A stretch of 64,000 nt of DNA from Heterodontus francisci (Eukaryota), in NCBI RefSeq assembly GCF_036365525.1, contig NW_027141363.1:248001-312000 (forward strand), in the 5' to 3' direction. Numbering within the stretch: the first letter of the stretch is position 1; each line of letters begins with the position of its first letter. The notes under the pieces are model-generated. The model made no database searches. It had not been told where the DNA came from and saw nothing but the letters and a program-made list of their open reading frames with translations. This document shows, piece after piece, positions 13,113 to 25,842 of this stretch. Made by a program: the position numbers and the translations under genes.

Positions 13113-16100
13113 CACAACGGTTCAGAGTCATTGTCCGCCTTGACAAAAACCCTCACACGTCTCCCTTCAAACGGGTGCATTTAACCCAGCATTCGGTGAA
13201 GAGCAGCCCTGGCTGATCGGATGCGGATCTGCATCTGTTCAGTGCCCGGTCGACTGGCAGAACGCCCATGTTCTAACTCCCCACAACCTCCAGATAGGCA
13301 ACACACACTCTCTGTGCCCACACCTGTATAATGGTTCATAGAACGGCTCTTCAACACGTACCTCGGTTAGACCACACCTGGAGCACTGTGCACAATTCTC
13401 AGCTCTATATACTTTGTTTACACGACACCTGAAGTGCTGAGGACAATGCTGAGGGTGACCTGATAGATCTGTTCAAGATTATGAAGGAATATGATAGGGT
13501 AGAGGAAGAGAATATGCCTGCACTTGTAGGGAAGGTCATGAATACATCATACCCACTAATAACTCCAAGAAATGAATTTATACAGAGTGGTGAGAATGTG
13601 GAATTCACTTGCACACAGAAAGAAATGATGTGTATAACCAAATATATGTAAATGAATGCTGGATAAAAACATTAGGGAGCAGGAAATAGCACGTCATACT
13701 GATAGGGCTGGGTGAAGACATTGTTTATGTTCTTTCATCGGATGTGGGAATAAAATATGAGAATAAGCTAACCAGCAATATAAAAACAGATGGTAGGAGC
13801 TTTTACATAAAAAGTAAGAGAGTAGCTAAAGCTGACGTTGGTTCTTTCGAGGTAAAGACAGGAAAAATCATCATGGGGAATGGGGAAATAGCAGGGGAAT
13901 TGAACTAATATTTTGTGCCTGTCTTCACAGTTGAAGACACAAGTTCCATCCCAGAAATAGGCAGTTATCTGGGGCCTAAAAAGAGTGAGGAAATTAAGGA
14001 TATTCATATCAATTGAGAAAAACTTTTGGAGAAACTTGAGGGATTAAAATCTGACAAGTCCCCTGGAACAGATGGATTATATACCAGAGTTCTAAAAGAG
14101 ATAGCTGCAGAGAGAGTGGGGGCGCTGGTTATGATTTTCCAGAATTCCTTAGATTCAGGAATGGTCCCATCGGATTGAAATCTGACAAATGTTACACGGC
14201 TTTTCAAGAAAAGAGGCAGTGAGAAATCTCAGGATAAGGGATCAATCATTCCGGACTGAGATGAGGAGAAATGACTTCACTCAAAGGGTTGTGAAACTTT
14301 GGAATTCTCTATCCCAGAGTGTTGTGGATGGTCCTTCATTGAATAAATTTAAAGATGGTATTTTTGATCCCTCAGGAAATCAAGGGATATGGGGAGCAGG
14401 CAGGAAAGTGAAATTGAAACCCAAGATCAGCCATGATTGTATTGAATGACGGAGCAGGCTCGATGGGATATATGGTCTACACCTGCTCCTATTTCTTGTG
14501 TTCTGTGGGTCTGGAGTCACATGCAGGCCAGACCAGGTAAGGACGGCGGATTCCCTTCCCTGAAAGACATGAGTGAGCCAGCTGGGTGTCAGGGCGCCTT
14601 AACTGAGACCAGCTTTCAATTGCAGATTTTCCAATGAAATAATTGTATTTTTTCATCGATTGAATTTAAATTCCACCATCTGACCTGGTGGGATTCGAAC
14701 GCATGTCCCCTGGAGATTCACGCCGGCCTAATTCGATGTCACCAGCGTCAGCAGCCGAAGCCATGGATAAAAAATGGGAAGACTGAGCAATTTCAAAGCA
14801 TGTCTTCAGAATGCCTATTTTATCAATTGCACTGTGCCTGTAGTTACGCATTACAGCCACGAGGTGGGGATGGAGCTCCACCGCAGCCTGAGTCCCACTT
14901 GCTTCTGAAAAGACTGAGCGAGCAACACAGCAGTGACTTGACCAATCTACCTAATAGTCAATTCCACTAACTCTGAAACAGATTCAAATCATAACCATTC
15001 CACACAGAATAGACAATTGGATTTCCCCAAGTCTGCTCGTTCATAGTGACTGGTTTGAGCAACACTTGTGATATACTGAAACAGATGATCGGAAGGAAGT
15101 GAAGAGGGGAAGCAAAGTCAGAAAACAGTGAAAGAAAAATGGAGAAGGAGGCATTTTATATAAAGGAGCACATATTCAGGGATGTGCACATTACTGACAA
15201 GGTCAGCATTCATTACCTATGCCGAATTGCCCTGAACTGAATGACTTGCTAGCCCATTTCAGAGGCAGTTAACAGTGAACTACATTGTTATCAGGTGATA
15301 CATTTTGGCAGAAGGGAGACAGAGAGGAAATACAGACTTAATGACACAGGCCTAAAGAGTGTTCAAGGACAGAGGGACCTGGGGGTTAATGTGCATATAT
15401 CTTTGAAGGTGGCAGGACATATGGAGAGAGAGGTTCACAAAGCTTATGGGATCTCGAGATTTATAAATAGAGGTGTAAAGTACAAAAGCAGGGAGATTGA
15501 GCTAAACATTTATAAGGCTCTTGTTAGGCCCCAACTTGTGTATTGAGTCCAGTTCTGGTCACCACACTTGAGGACGGATGTAGGGTCCTTGAGAGGGTGC
15601 AGAGGAGATTTACTGGAATGGTTCCAGGGATGAGAGATTTTAGCTACATGGTTAGGTTGTTGAATCTGTGGTTTGTTCTCCTTGGAGCAAAGGAAATTGA
15701 GGGGAGATTTGATAGAAGTGTACAAAATGAAGAGAGGTTTAGGTAAAGTAGACAAAGAAAATCTGTTCCCATGAGTTGATGGTACAAGGACGAGGGGACA
15801 CTGGTTCTTGTGCCCATGATCTCAAATCTGTGCCCCTCTGGTTACCGACCCACCTGTCACTGCAAACAGTGTCTCATTACTTACTCTATCAAAACCCCTC
15901 ATGGTTCTGAACACCTCTATTGAATCTCCTCTTCACCTTCTCTGTAAAGAGGAAGACAGTCCTAACTCTTCCAAACTCTCCAAATAATCTACACCTCCAC
16001 ACATTGCACCCTTCAGGAGATTCCCGAACCTCTGTAATTGCTTGCACATTGCAAGTCATTGCTGTACATTCAATATTCTTCACAACTAAGGAGGAACAAT

Positions 16101-16252
16101 GTGCTTTGCATTGAGAAACAAGAGGTTCTATTGGACGGTCATGCAGTGACGGCATCTCCGCACTTCAACACCAGAGGAGGCGCAGAGGGAGGTAGAGAGG
16201 TCTGCAGAGTGTGACAAGGGTGCTGAGATAGGAGGCTTCAAATTCCCACATC

Positions 16253-16298
16253 ATGCTGTGTACTGTTTACCTCCACCTGCTGTTTCTGCTGCTCCCAG
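16253..16298 (+). other. Orphan V leader exon (family C) with its own CRE-like promoter and no V exon of its own
   Basis: MLCTVYLHLLFLLLP G|GTTACT, the same peptide as the leaders at 17080 and 20491. AGTGACGGCA at 16145-16154. No V exon or RSS before the next leader. Confidence 0.8.
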
Positions 16299-17079
16299 GT
16301 TACTGCTCCTATTTGGAGGGTATTTCGGGCCCCGGTTAATCAGCTTTGAACATCAGCAACTCTTGTTGATATGAAAAGGTTCCAATCAGTTAAATCCTTC
16401 AGAGATTTGGTCTTGCTATTGATTTCGAGCAGGTTCATTTCTGTGCAGCGGACACCGAGCCTCCAGACATTCTCTGGTTCTTTGATGAATCACCTTCAAT
16501 CCGTGTCCCATGTTTACTGACCCTTCTCCCATTGCAAACAGATTCTCCTTATTTACTCTATCAAAACCCTTCCTGATTTTGAACCTCTATATCAAATCTC
16601 CTCTTAACCTTCTCTGCTCTAAGGAGGACAGTCCCAGTTTCTACATTACTAATACAGCTGTCCTATGATGGTGAAGGTTTATATCGAGAGGCCTGGCTTA
16701 ACTATCCACTCACTGGCCACCTGAAATGCTGATTGGTGAAATGAGTTCTCCCCCATGAGTTTCTACAGTTACTTCACATCAGATATCCCTCTATAAAGCA
16801 CAGATTTGTCAAGCGTTCCAATCTTTATGAACATCCCCAAACCCTGCAATAGATGGGACTTTGCAAGTCAGTCCTGTGTCATTCTAATTCTTCCATTCAG
16901 ACATTGGAAAGGAGGATCTGATTTGCTTGGATACACAAGGGTCGTTCTATTGGTTGCCCTTGCAATAACGTCACTTGCTCCCTGGATGACAAAGACATGT
17001 GCAGGACCAATAGGACTACAGTGTGTGTGAGAGCGGGACGAAGCTGGAAGGCTGAGAGCACGGTTCACATTCCTGCATC

Positions 17080-18249
17080 ATGCTGTGTACTGTTTACCTC
17101 CATCTACTGTTTCTGCTGCTCCCAGGTTACTGCTCCTACTTTTAGGGAAATCCGGGCCCGGATTAATCTGCTTCTGGACAACATCAATTCTCGTTGTTGC
17201 AGAAAGTCTTCAAACAGTTCGATCACTTGGAGGATTCTTCACTGTTTGAAGCAGTGAATTGTTCTGCTCTGAAATACATTGTCTGTAAGCCGGGTGGATG
17301 CAATTGCAACCTTTTCTTTTTTAAAAAAAAGAGAGACCTGGATAAATTCCTGAATGGGCAATATTTGCAGGAATCTGGGTAAAGAGCAGGGGAGTTGGAA
17401 TATTTGCAAAGGTTCTTCAAAGAGCTAGCACAGTCGCGATTGGCCGAAGGGCTTCCTGCTGAGCTGTATCATTCTCTGGCTCTGTAAATGCCTTTCTTTT
17501 GGGTCCTAATTGTTTCTTACTCTGTTCAATAATAAATGTAACTTGCCTTGTTCGCCCTGCCCATTACCTGAAGGTTGGCCAGTCCTAGGCAGCTGATTTT
17601 GGGCACATTGCCCACAATGTCAATGAGCTGACCCAGTCAGTGTCGCTGGACTGGCGGACGGTGCAAGGACATTGCAATAGAGCCAGTGTTGGCGGCGGGG
17701 AAAGTGGGCAAGCTGGCTGACTTTTGTCCTCCCCAGCAATGGACACTGAGGCCAAGTGCAGCGATTTGGGCGCATCTGCAGGTGTGCCCAGCGGATACTG
17801 AGCCTCCAGAGATGACCGGTCTGTATGTTTGTTCAGTGAACTGATGGACTGTGGCGTGCATCGCAATTTTAAACATTAAGTATCTCTCTGTCCTTACTGT
17901 GCCTATTTAAATGTTTGACCCGATCTGTTTCTCATGTTCCTCCACAGCCCGGTCCAGGAGTGCCCTCCTTACTCAGTGGGGGAACCGGTTGATGGTCGCA
18001 GAGGGGACAACTGCGGAAATGCACTGTTTCCAGAATGACACCAGCGAGAGTTACATGTACTGGTATCGCCAGCAGAGCGGAGCAGGGTTACAGCTCATAG
18101 TGAACTCGATTGGTACATCTGATCCCAGGCCTGAAGAGGGTTTCAAGGAGAGATTTAAAGTCACCAGACCCGATTTTAAATCCTGCAGCCTGAAAATACT
18201 GAGGGTGGATCAGACTGACAGGGCGGTGTATTACTGTGCTGCTAGTGAT
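17080..18249 (+). CDS. TRBV: TCR beta V segment, family C copy 1 (leader 17080-17125, V exon 17948-18249)
   Basis: Leader, AG 17946-17947, ARSRSALLTQW..MHC..WYRQ..YYCAASD. 23-RSS CACAGTG 18250-18256 / TCAAAAACA 18280-18288. CRE-like TAACGTCACT at 16966-16975. Confidence 0.95.
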
Positions 18250-18369
18250 CACAGTGATTCAAACAGGTGCAGGGCTGGGTCAAAAACATACCACCCTCTT
18301 ATACTGTGAGCTGTTAGAGAGGAAAAGTCAAGTAGGGAAACATGGAAACACAGAAAATAGGAGCAGGAG

Positions 18370-19465
18370 AATTCCACAGGTTCACCACCCTCTGAGTGTA
18401 GACATTTCTCCTCATCTCTGCTGTAAATGACATCCCCTGTATTCTGAGACTGTGACCCCTGGTTCTGGACTCTCCAGCCATCGGGAACATCCTTCCTGCT
18501 TCTAGCCTGTATAGTCCTGTTAGAATGTTAGAGGTTTCTACGAGATTCCCTCTCATTCTTTTAAACTCTAGTTAATTTAGGCCGAGTCGGCCCAATCTCT
18601 CCTCATACGTCAATCCTGCCATCCCAGGAATCAGCCTAGTAAATCTTCTTTGTACTCCCTCCATGGCAAGAACATCCTTTCTCAGATAATGAGACCAAAA
18701 CTGCACACAATACTCCAGATCTGATCTCACCAAGGCTCTGTATAACTGCAGTAAGAAATCCTTGCTCCTGTACTCAAATCCTCCTGCAACGAAGGCCAAC
18801 ATACCATTCGCCTTCCTAATTGCTTTCTGCACCTGAATGCTTGCTTTCAGCAACTGGGGTACAAGGATCCCCAGGTCTCACTGAACCTCCCCTTTCCCAG
18901 TCGATCACCATTCAGTTACTCATTGCCTTTCTGTTTTTACAACCAAAGTGGATAACCTCACATTTATCCGCATTATACTGCATCTACCATGCATTTTCCC
19001 ACTCACCCAACTTGTCCAAATCATATTGGAGTCTTTTTGCATCCTGCTCACAGCTCACATTACCCCCAGCTTTGTGTCATCTGCAGACTGGGAAATGTTA
19101 CATTTAGTTCCCTCACCCAAGTCATTAATATGCATTGTGAATAGCTGGGGCCCAAGCACTGATCCCTGTGATACCCCACTAGTCACTGCCTGCCTCCTGG
19201 AAAAAAGACCCACTTATTCCTACTCTCTGTTTCCTGTCTGTCAACCAATTTTCATTCCATGCCAGTATATTACCGCAATCCCACGTTCTGTAATATTGCA
19301 CACTTACCTCTTATGTGGGACCTTATTAAAAGCTTTCTGAAAATCCAAATACACCAGATCCACTGGTTCTCCCTTATCTATTCTACTTGTTAAGTCCTCA
19401 AACAACTCCAGTAGATTTGTTAAGCATGATTTCCCTTTCGCAAACAAATGCTGACTTGGTCCAAT
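18370..19465 (-). mobile_element. CR1-type LINE RT fragment (~1.1 kb)
   Basis: Minus-strand KANGMLAF..LYRALVRSDLEYCVQFWS..EGVQRRFTRLIPG and [10 protein letters not shown]-like motifs. Confidence 0.85.
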
Positions 19466-20376
19466 CCTGTTTATACTTTCCAGGAGAGATCATAAAGACA
19501 ACTGTTCCTGGATGGAGCTTTGGGAAGTTTTCCAAACCCAGCAGAATGTGGAATATTCCAATAGATTCTAAGTGCTCCCTGAATGACAGTTCAATATCCA
19601 AAGACTCATTTCAGTACTTTCCAAAGCAGAGGAAATAATCTCCAGAGAAGTTGAAAATCATACAGAACAGTAGAGGCTATTCGGCCCGTTGTTCCTGTGC
19701 CAACATTTTGAAAGATCTACTTGTTTCATCCCACTCTACACTCTATCCTCAATGGGTGGCAGATATTTCCTGTTCAAATATACATCCCAATCTCTTTTGA
19801 AAGTGACTGTTGAATCTGCTTCCACCATCCTTTCAGGCAGAGCATTCCTGATCAGAATAACTCACCAAGTGAAAGAAAAAAATTCCTAATCTTCCCTGTT
19901 GCTCTATTAAGAATTCTTTAATTCTTGTCCTCTCTTTACCGCCCCTTCTGCCACTGCAAACAGTTTCCCCTTAATTACTCTATCTAAACCCTTCCTGATT
20001 TTGAACCTCTATCAAATCCCCTCTTAACCTTCTCTGCTCCTCCGGAGGACAGTTCCAGGTTCTGCATTACTAACACTGCTGTCCTATGATGGGAAAAGTT
20101 TAGAAAGGGTCCCCTGGTTTGACTATCCGCTCACTGGTCTTCTGAGATACCGAGTGGTGAAATGAGGTCTCCCCCGGGAGATTCTACAATCAATTCAGGT
20201 GAGATATCTCTCTATAAAACACATATATGTCAACCATTCAAATCTTTATGAACATCCCCAAACATTGCAATAGATGGGACTTTGCAAGTCAATCCTGTGT
20301 AATTCTAATTCTTACACCCACAAATATGAAAGAACCATCTGCTTTGTTGGATACACAAGGAAGGTTGCCCTTGCAA

Positions 20377-20390
20377 TGACGTCACTTCCG
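20377..20390 (-). promoter_or_regulatory. Perfect V-beta decamer/CRE (AGTGACGTCA) with adjacent ETS core
   Basis: TGACGTCACTTCCG about 105 nt upstream of ATG 20491; a CCAAT box follows. Confidence 0.65.
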
Positions 20391-20490
20391 CATTGCTTCA
20401 CAAAAGCAGGCTGTGCACCAATAGGACTGCAGTGTGTGTGAGAGCTGGACCAAGCTGGAAGGTTGAAAGAAGGGTTCACATTCCTGCATC

Positions 20491-21152
20491 ATGCTGTGTA
20501 CTGTTTACCTCCATCTACTGTTTCTGCTGCTCCCAGGTTACTGTTCCTACTTGGAGGGAAATTCAGGCCCCAGTTAATCAGCTTTGAGACACAATTCCTG
20601 TTGATATCGAAGGGCTCCAATCAGTTAGAGATTTACTGGTTTGGTTTTACTGTTGAGGACAAGTGTCGTTATTTAGCGCCACTGCAGTTGTGCCCAGCGA
20701 TTCTGGGAATCAGCACATGACCCCTATGCTGGGGCGTCAGCGGGCTGATCGACTGTAGTGTGCATCGGGAGGTTTACCATTAAAGCTCTCTCTCTCTCCT
20801 CATTGTGTCTGTTCTCTTTGACCCGATCTGTTTCTCATGTTCCTCCACAGCCCGGTCCAGGAGCGCTCTCGTTACCCAGTGGGGGAACCGGCTGACGGTC
20901 GCAGAGGGGAAAACGGTGGAAATGCACTGTTTCCAGAATGACACCAGCGAGAGCTACATGTACTGGTATCGCCAGCAGAGCGGAGCAGGGTTACAGCTCA
21001 TAGTGACCTCGATTGGCACCTCTGATTCCAGGCCTGAAGAGGGTTTCAAGGAGAGATTTAAAGCCACCAGACCCGATCTTAAAACCTGCAGCCTGAAAAT
21101 ACTGAGGGTGGATCAGACTGACAGGGCGGTGTATTACTGTGCTGCTAGTGAT
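20491..21152 (+). CDS. TRBV: TCR beta V segment, family C copy 2 (leader 20491-20536, V exon 20851-21152); most D-proximal V
   Basis: Leader, AG 20849-20850, V domain ending YYCAASD. 23-RSS CACAGTG 21153-21159 / TCAAAAACA 21183-21191. Confidence 0.95.
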
Positions 21153-21699
21153 CACAGTGATTCAAACAGGTGCAGGGCTGGGTCAAAAACATACCACCCT
21201 CTTATACTGTGAGTGTTAGAGAGAAAAACTCAAGTAAGCAGAGCTCATAAAGTCAGCTGTTCATTGATGAAACTTTGCAGAGTTTTCCATCAACTTTCAG
21301 AGTGTAGATATTTCCTGTTCAAATATATTTCCCAATCTCCTTTCTAAGTTACTGTTGAATCTGCTTCCTCCATCCTTTCAGGCATCGCATTCCTGATCAG
21401 AATAACTCAACAAGTTAAAAGAAAAATCTCTTCGTCTGTGCTGGTATTGTCTGTGTGAGTCTGCATCTCTATCTTTCAGCTTGCAAACAGCTCTCAAAGT
21501 GATAAATGGATGGCTTGGTTCTGCTGAAAGACAGAGCCATCAAAGTCCGGAAGGATAGATACATCTTATTATCTTAGAATATCACCCTGTACCGTTTAAA
21601 CCGACCATTGTTGTGTTTATCACAAATTTTACCCAATCTTGATCATCTGGTTAGCAATCAAGTTACTGCCACTTATCATCGACATTCCTAATCACAGAA

Positions 21700-22340
21700 T
21701 CAGAAAATTGGTACAGTACAGGTGGCCATTCGGCCCATTGTGTCTGAACCGGCCCTCCGAATGAGCAATTCACTCAGTCCCATTCCCTTGCATTCTCCCC
21801 GTAACCCTGCACATTCTTCCTTTTCATAATTCCCTTTTGAATGCCCCGATTGCACCTGCCTGCACCATGCTCTCTGGGCCTGCACTCCAGACATTAACCA
21901 TCCACTTTGTGAAACAATTTTTTCCTCATGTCACTTTTACTTCTGTTTCCAATTAGTTTAAATCTGTGCCCTCTCATTGTCCATCCTTTCACGAGTGGGA
22001 GCAGTTTCTCTCTATCTGTTCTGTCCCGACACCTCATGATTTTGACTCCCTCTATCAAACCACCTCTCAGCCTTCTCTTCTCCAAGGAAAACAATCCCAA
22101 CTTCTCCAAATTATCATCATAACTGAGGTCCCTCACCCGTGGAACCATTCTCCTGAATCTTTTCCTCACTCTCTCCAATGCTTTCATTTCTTTCCTCAAG
22201 TGCAGCTCCCAGAACTGGACACAATACTCCAGCTGAGGCTGAACTAGTGTCTTGTACAAGTTCAACTTATTTCCTTGCTCTTGTACTCTATGCCCCTTTT
22301 AATAAAGCCCAGGATACTGTATGCTTTATTAACTGCTGTC
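21700..22340 (-). mobile_element. CR1-type LINE 3' fragment
   Basis: LYKTLVQPQLEYCVQFW..KALERV..LGLFSLEKRRLRG ORF at 21894-22265, plus tail. Confidence 0.85.
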
Positions 22341-25300
22341 CAGTGCCAACCATGAATAATGTTTGTGGTTAATCTGCGTCTCAGTATCTTTTTATTGACA
22401 AACCGCTAAGGTATCCATCTCATTTTCAGAAATTATATTTGGATATCCCTCGGTAGAGCAATCCCCACCTTCTTGGAACGCACTGTCTCATAACTGCGTT
22501 CAATTCAGGTACTTTGGCCTGAGGAAGGCGCAGCAGGAACTCCCAGGCGCTGGGGCCTGGCTTTCAGCTGAAACTTGGGCCAACTGGTGGAGGGTCCATC
22601 GAGCTGACTGAAAATGTCATTGGTGTCACACTGAATCTCAACAATAAGGTTTATCCAGCATCTCTCAGCTCTGTACTCTCTGAATTAAACTGTGTTGAGT
22701 TCTAGCACTAAGCTAAACAGGGCACTGGTATGGAAGGCTGCATTCTGAAGAGGCAGGCTTAGGAATGCAGGATTTGCCAGATGCCAAAAAAAGCCAGGAC
22801 ACCTCGTTCATCTTCTGACATCCTTGTCGACCAATAATGTCGTTGTTGATGATGGTAGCCTTTGTAACAGTAGTTGTATTCCAGCAATGATGCTCAGCAT
22901 AAAGCTGCTGGATTGGCGGAAAGTGCCACCTGGTTCAGTGATATCCTTTAGGGAAGGGATTTTGCCTCCCTCAGCCTGTCTGGACTCTCAGTGACTCCAG
23001 ACCCCGGCAGCAGTGCTGTTCACCCTTCACTGTCCTGAGGAATGGGCCTCGTCAGCCACGGAGTTGCATTCAAGAAGAAGTCTGCTCAAGAGTGGTCAGA
23101 CTTGGGAATAAACGTGGCCCTCGCCAGCCCACATCCCGTAACAGAACAGAAATAAAACAATTGCGGTGACTTGATCTATAACAGGGCCCAGGCATGAGGC
23201 GGGGAATGCACCAAAATGCCAGGCCCAAAGTCCCTGTTCCTCCCAAGCTGGCAGCTCTTGTCACATGTCATGTCTCAACTTAATCATCGACTGCATCCCA
23301 AAACGGTTCCTCACTGAAGGAAATCTATCAAATCTGGATATGGATGGATCAATACCAGGGGCGAAGACAGTCTAAGGACCCCTATTGAAAAAAGAATGAC
23401 CGGTGTCTCATTGACATACTTCCACATGTCATGTTAAACCACTTCAACACTGACCTGTTCAGATGATAACCAGCCTGCTCTTGACAGAATTCCCTGGCGT
23501 CCTGGGAGGAATTTGTCCCAGCGCAGTTCCTACTCCAACACAGCCATATAAGTAGGGTTTGCTTGACTGGAACCCTGTCTGCAGTGAGAATGCACCCATA
23601 GAGATAACAGATAAGGTTCACCGACTCCCAATAGCTTTGTTGTCACGTTTCATATGCCAAAGGGTGGAGAATAGTTTTACTTTTCTTAAATAAAGGCAAT
23701 GATGTCAAGTTGTTCCTTTCTGATCTGTCCACATTGTAGCATCACAGAAAGATTCAACACAAAGGAGATCATACCGCCTCTGCTTGCTTTTATGAAAATA
23801 TCTATCCAATTAGTCCCACTTTCCTGCCCTTTTGCCCTAGTCCTGGAAATCTTCTGCTCCAAGGATCTATCCAATTCCCTTTTGAAAGCTGAATCCCATT
23901 CCACTGCCCTTTCAGGCGATGTGTTCCAGATCATTAATACCCGTCCCATTCAGAATCTTTCTCCTCGTCCCGCTTCTGCTTCTTTTGCCACTGACCCTAA
24001 ATCAGCGCCTCCCTGGTTAGCGACCTTCCTGCTCAGAAAACAGCTTCTCACTGTTCAATTTATCAAAATCCTTCCTGATTTCCAACACCACCTTCCGCAG
24101 GGTCCCTTAACCTTCTCTGCTCTGATTATAATTCATTCCGATCGCCTGGAAATTGCACTGAAATCGACAAACTTCCCTTATCAAGATCTGTTGGGATGTA
24201 ACTGGCTTCAGGGTTTGCCATGACGTGACTTCATGGTCAAGTGAAACACGGGTTAGACCGGAAGAGAAAGATAATATTTTACACCGTATGTGCTGTGGTG
24301 ACACAATGATCTGACACTGCAAACGCGCAGGAACCACTTACATCAGAACATTAGAAAATAGGAGCAGGAGTAAGCCATTCGGCCCGCCGTGTCTGCTCCT
24401 CCACATAATGAAGATCTTGAGGATCTGCTACCTTCACTCCACTTTCCCGCCATATTCCTACATCCCTGGATTCCCTTGGTGCCTAAAATCTATGGATCTC
24501 ATGTCTTCAATTTTCTCAATGACTGAGAATTCCACAGCTCTCTGAATTCCAAAGAGTCATAACCCTCTGAGTGAAGACATTCCTCCTCATCTAAGTGTTG
24601 TAGATGGACCCCTTATCCTGAAGCTTCTTCCCCTTATTTCTAGGTTCTCCAGCCAGGGGGGAAGCAGCCTCTCAGTGTGTACCCTGTCAAACACTCTCAT
24701 AATTTTGTACGTTTCAAATGGATCACCTCTGATTCTTCCAGAGAATAACAGCCCATTCGACTCAATTTCTCCTCATTGGGCAGCCTTCTCCTCCTTGGAA
24801 CCAATTGAGTGAACCTTCGTTGCAACCTCCTCTAAGGCAAATACATGCTTCCGTAGATAAGGAGAGCAACACTCCACACAACACTATAGGTGTTTTGTTA
24901 CCAAAGTCCCAACTAGCTGCAGAAAGATGTCCTTACTCTTATGTTTCAAACGCCTTACAATAAAAGCTAACATGTTACTCGCCTTCCTAATTCCTTGTTG
25001 TACATTGATGTAAAATTGCTCTCATTCATATACACGGGTCCCTCTTGCAATATCAATAATGGGAGGAATGTTGTTATTGAAATTACTCACCCTGTTGCTC
25101 GACCACTTTTACTACAGACCCAGATATTTTCAGATTGGACTGGAGTTCCCGAAATCTACAACATTCCGTCATTTCTTTTCTTTAGCTTTTATGAAGTGGA
25201 AGACTTTTAATGGGCTCCTGACGGTCAGATGTCCTCCAGCCTTTACGGATTCGAGATGCTGTGCACATTTCCAACCTCCATTATGCCAGTGGAGTCGAAA

Positions 25301-25737
25301 GTGAGTTCCTTAGCTGATGTGTTCTCTGAGGATTGAAGCAAAATTGCAGGGACGCAGATCAGAAGTCTTTTCCACGTGCCAACAAGATAGTAACCCTTTA
25401 CTTGCAGGGTCCAAGATCGAGCAGCGTTATAAAACTCCCAGTCGGCACCCTGTCTCGAAATTCCAATGTGAGGTGAATGCACATAACCAGGAATGAATTC
25501 CAACTGATGCATCTTAGATCCAATACTGGTAGCGGAGGGGTGGGTGGGGGAGGGGGGAGTTTCGCTCCACTTGTCACCATCTGGTCATCTTTGCACATGG
25601 CAATAAATAATCCTACATCTCACTGGAAGTAGGTAGCATTGCTCACACTCCGGCTGCGACTCGGTAACGCCAGAAGAATGATCCAAATGGTGAATGGTGA
25701 TGAAAATTATTCAGACTTCATCGTATTCCCTCTGCGG

Positions 25738-25842
25738 CCGCCAGAGGGCGCGATCACTCGCTGAATGGAAATTAATTTTCTGACATCTGATCGAACTCGA
25801 TTTGCAGCCACGAGTTCTATGGAGAACTGCGCCATCTCCTGG
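25738..25842. promoter_or_regulatory. Pair of CTCF-like motifs in the V-D interval
   Basis: CCGCCAGAGGGCGC (+, 25738-25751) and CCAGGAGATGGCGC (-, 25829-25842), against consensus CCASYAGRKGGCRS. Confidence 0.6.

Larger units (their letters stand above)
1..15800 (+). repeat. Tandem segmental duplication of a ~6.2-6.4 kb V cassette (units start at about 1, 6426, 12594; third unit truncated near 15800)
   Basis: ATTAATATGATGTTAACTCTTTAATG recurs at 1, 6426 and 12594. V exons, LINE fragments and spacers repeat colinearly with very high identity. Confidence 0.95.

Noticed and set aside
211-21152. Assignment as Ig, NAR-TCR or TCR delta
   Set aside because: V-23 / 12-D-23 / 12-J RSS layout, the GGGACAGGG D core and a TRBC-type constant region all indicate TRB; no IgH-like V seen.
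25050-25600. Unique-looking sequence with short ORFs (possible pseudogene exon)
   Set aside because: No recognisable Ig, trypsin or other domain motif in the frames examined.
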